DNA of 40,121 bases from assembly GCA_964527065.1 (NCBI GenBank), contig CAZGNX010000002.1, positions 1 to 40,121 on the forward strand, given 5' to 3'. Under the pieces are notes generated by a model. That model was not told the DNA's origin. It searched no databases and saw only the letters and a list, made by a program, of their open reading frames with translations. The translations under genes and the position numbers were made by a program. Below are positions 40,082 to 40,121 of this stretch, one piece after another (within the stretch, counting starts at the first letter, position 1; each line of letters starts with the position of its first letter). The DNA comes from an uncultured Pseudomonadales bacterium (GTDB lineage: Bacteria; Patescibacteriota; Microgenomatia; UBA1400; UBA12108).

Positions 40082-40121
40082 TCGCTGTTGACGCCAAGTG
40101 TAATTTTGAGTGATGAGTTTT

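Noticed and set aside
1-40121. Search for CRISPR arrays, rRNA genes, transposases, integrases and toxin-antitoxin pairs
   Set aside because: I saw no regularly spaced direct repeats, no rRNA-like sequence, and no ORF with DDE, tyrosine- or serine-recombinase or recognisable toxin motifs.

Overview
This is a compact bacterial chromosomal window with about 45 protein genes, 4 tRNAs, and no rRNA, CRISPR array, transposase or integrase. Gene content suggests a small-genome, possibly CPR/Patescibacteria-like organism; that is inference only. The backbone is housekeeping. A minus-strand secE-nusG-rplK-rplA-rplJ-rplL cluster lies at 3.6-8.5 kb. The other backbone genes are frr, galU, a PBP2-type transpeptidase, rpmG, rpmB, fmt, def, mreB, epmA, efp, dprA, pth, topA and a class II ribonucleotide reductase.

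The observations most worth a second look are:
1. A LAGLIDADG-like ORF fills the tRNA-Thr/tRNA-Tyr spacer exactly (10180-10953). Next to it is a 16-nt duplicate of the tRNA-Tyr 3' end.
2. A hairpin-forming palindromic repeat is inserted in frame inside epmA (28130-28193). A second copy supplies the C-terminus and stop codon of pth (35634-35664).
3. Two paralogous ~77-aa coiled-coil proteins and a lipoprotein gene are inserted into the ribosomal protein cluster. L1 also carries an N-terminal helix-hairpin-helix-like extension.
4. At least 22 genes have a -10-like box 6-8 nt upstream of the ATG and no Shine-Dalgarno sequence, which suggests leaderless mRNAs.
5. An excisionase-type HTH gene sits next to a protein with two GGDEF-like domains (1303-3090).
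6. A 48-aa peptide gene is bracketed by terminators and preceded by a leader ORF with an antiterminator/terminator switch (34022-34402).
7. A soluble VirD4/TraD-like ATPase lies beside small membrane ORFs (18102-20879).
8. A site-2 protease is divergently paired with an RskA-domain surface protein (16804-18086).

All functional calls come from reading the translations and remembering family motifs. No database search was run.
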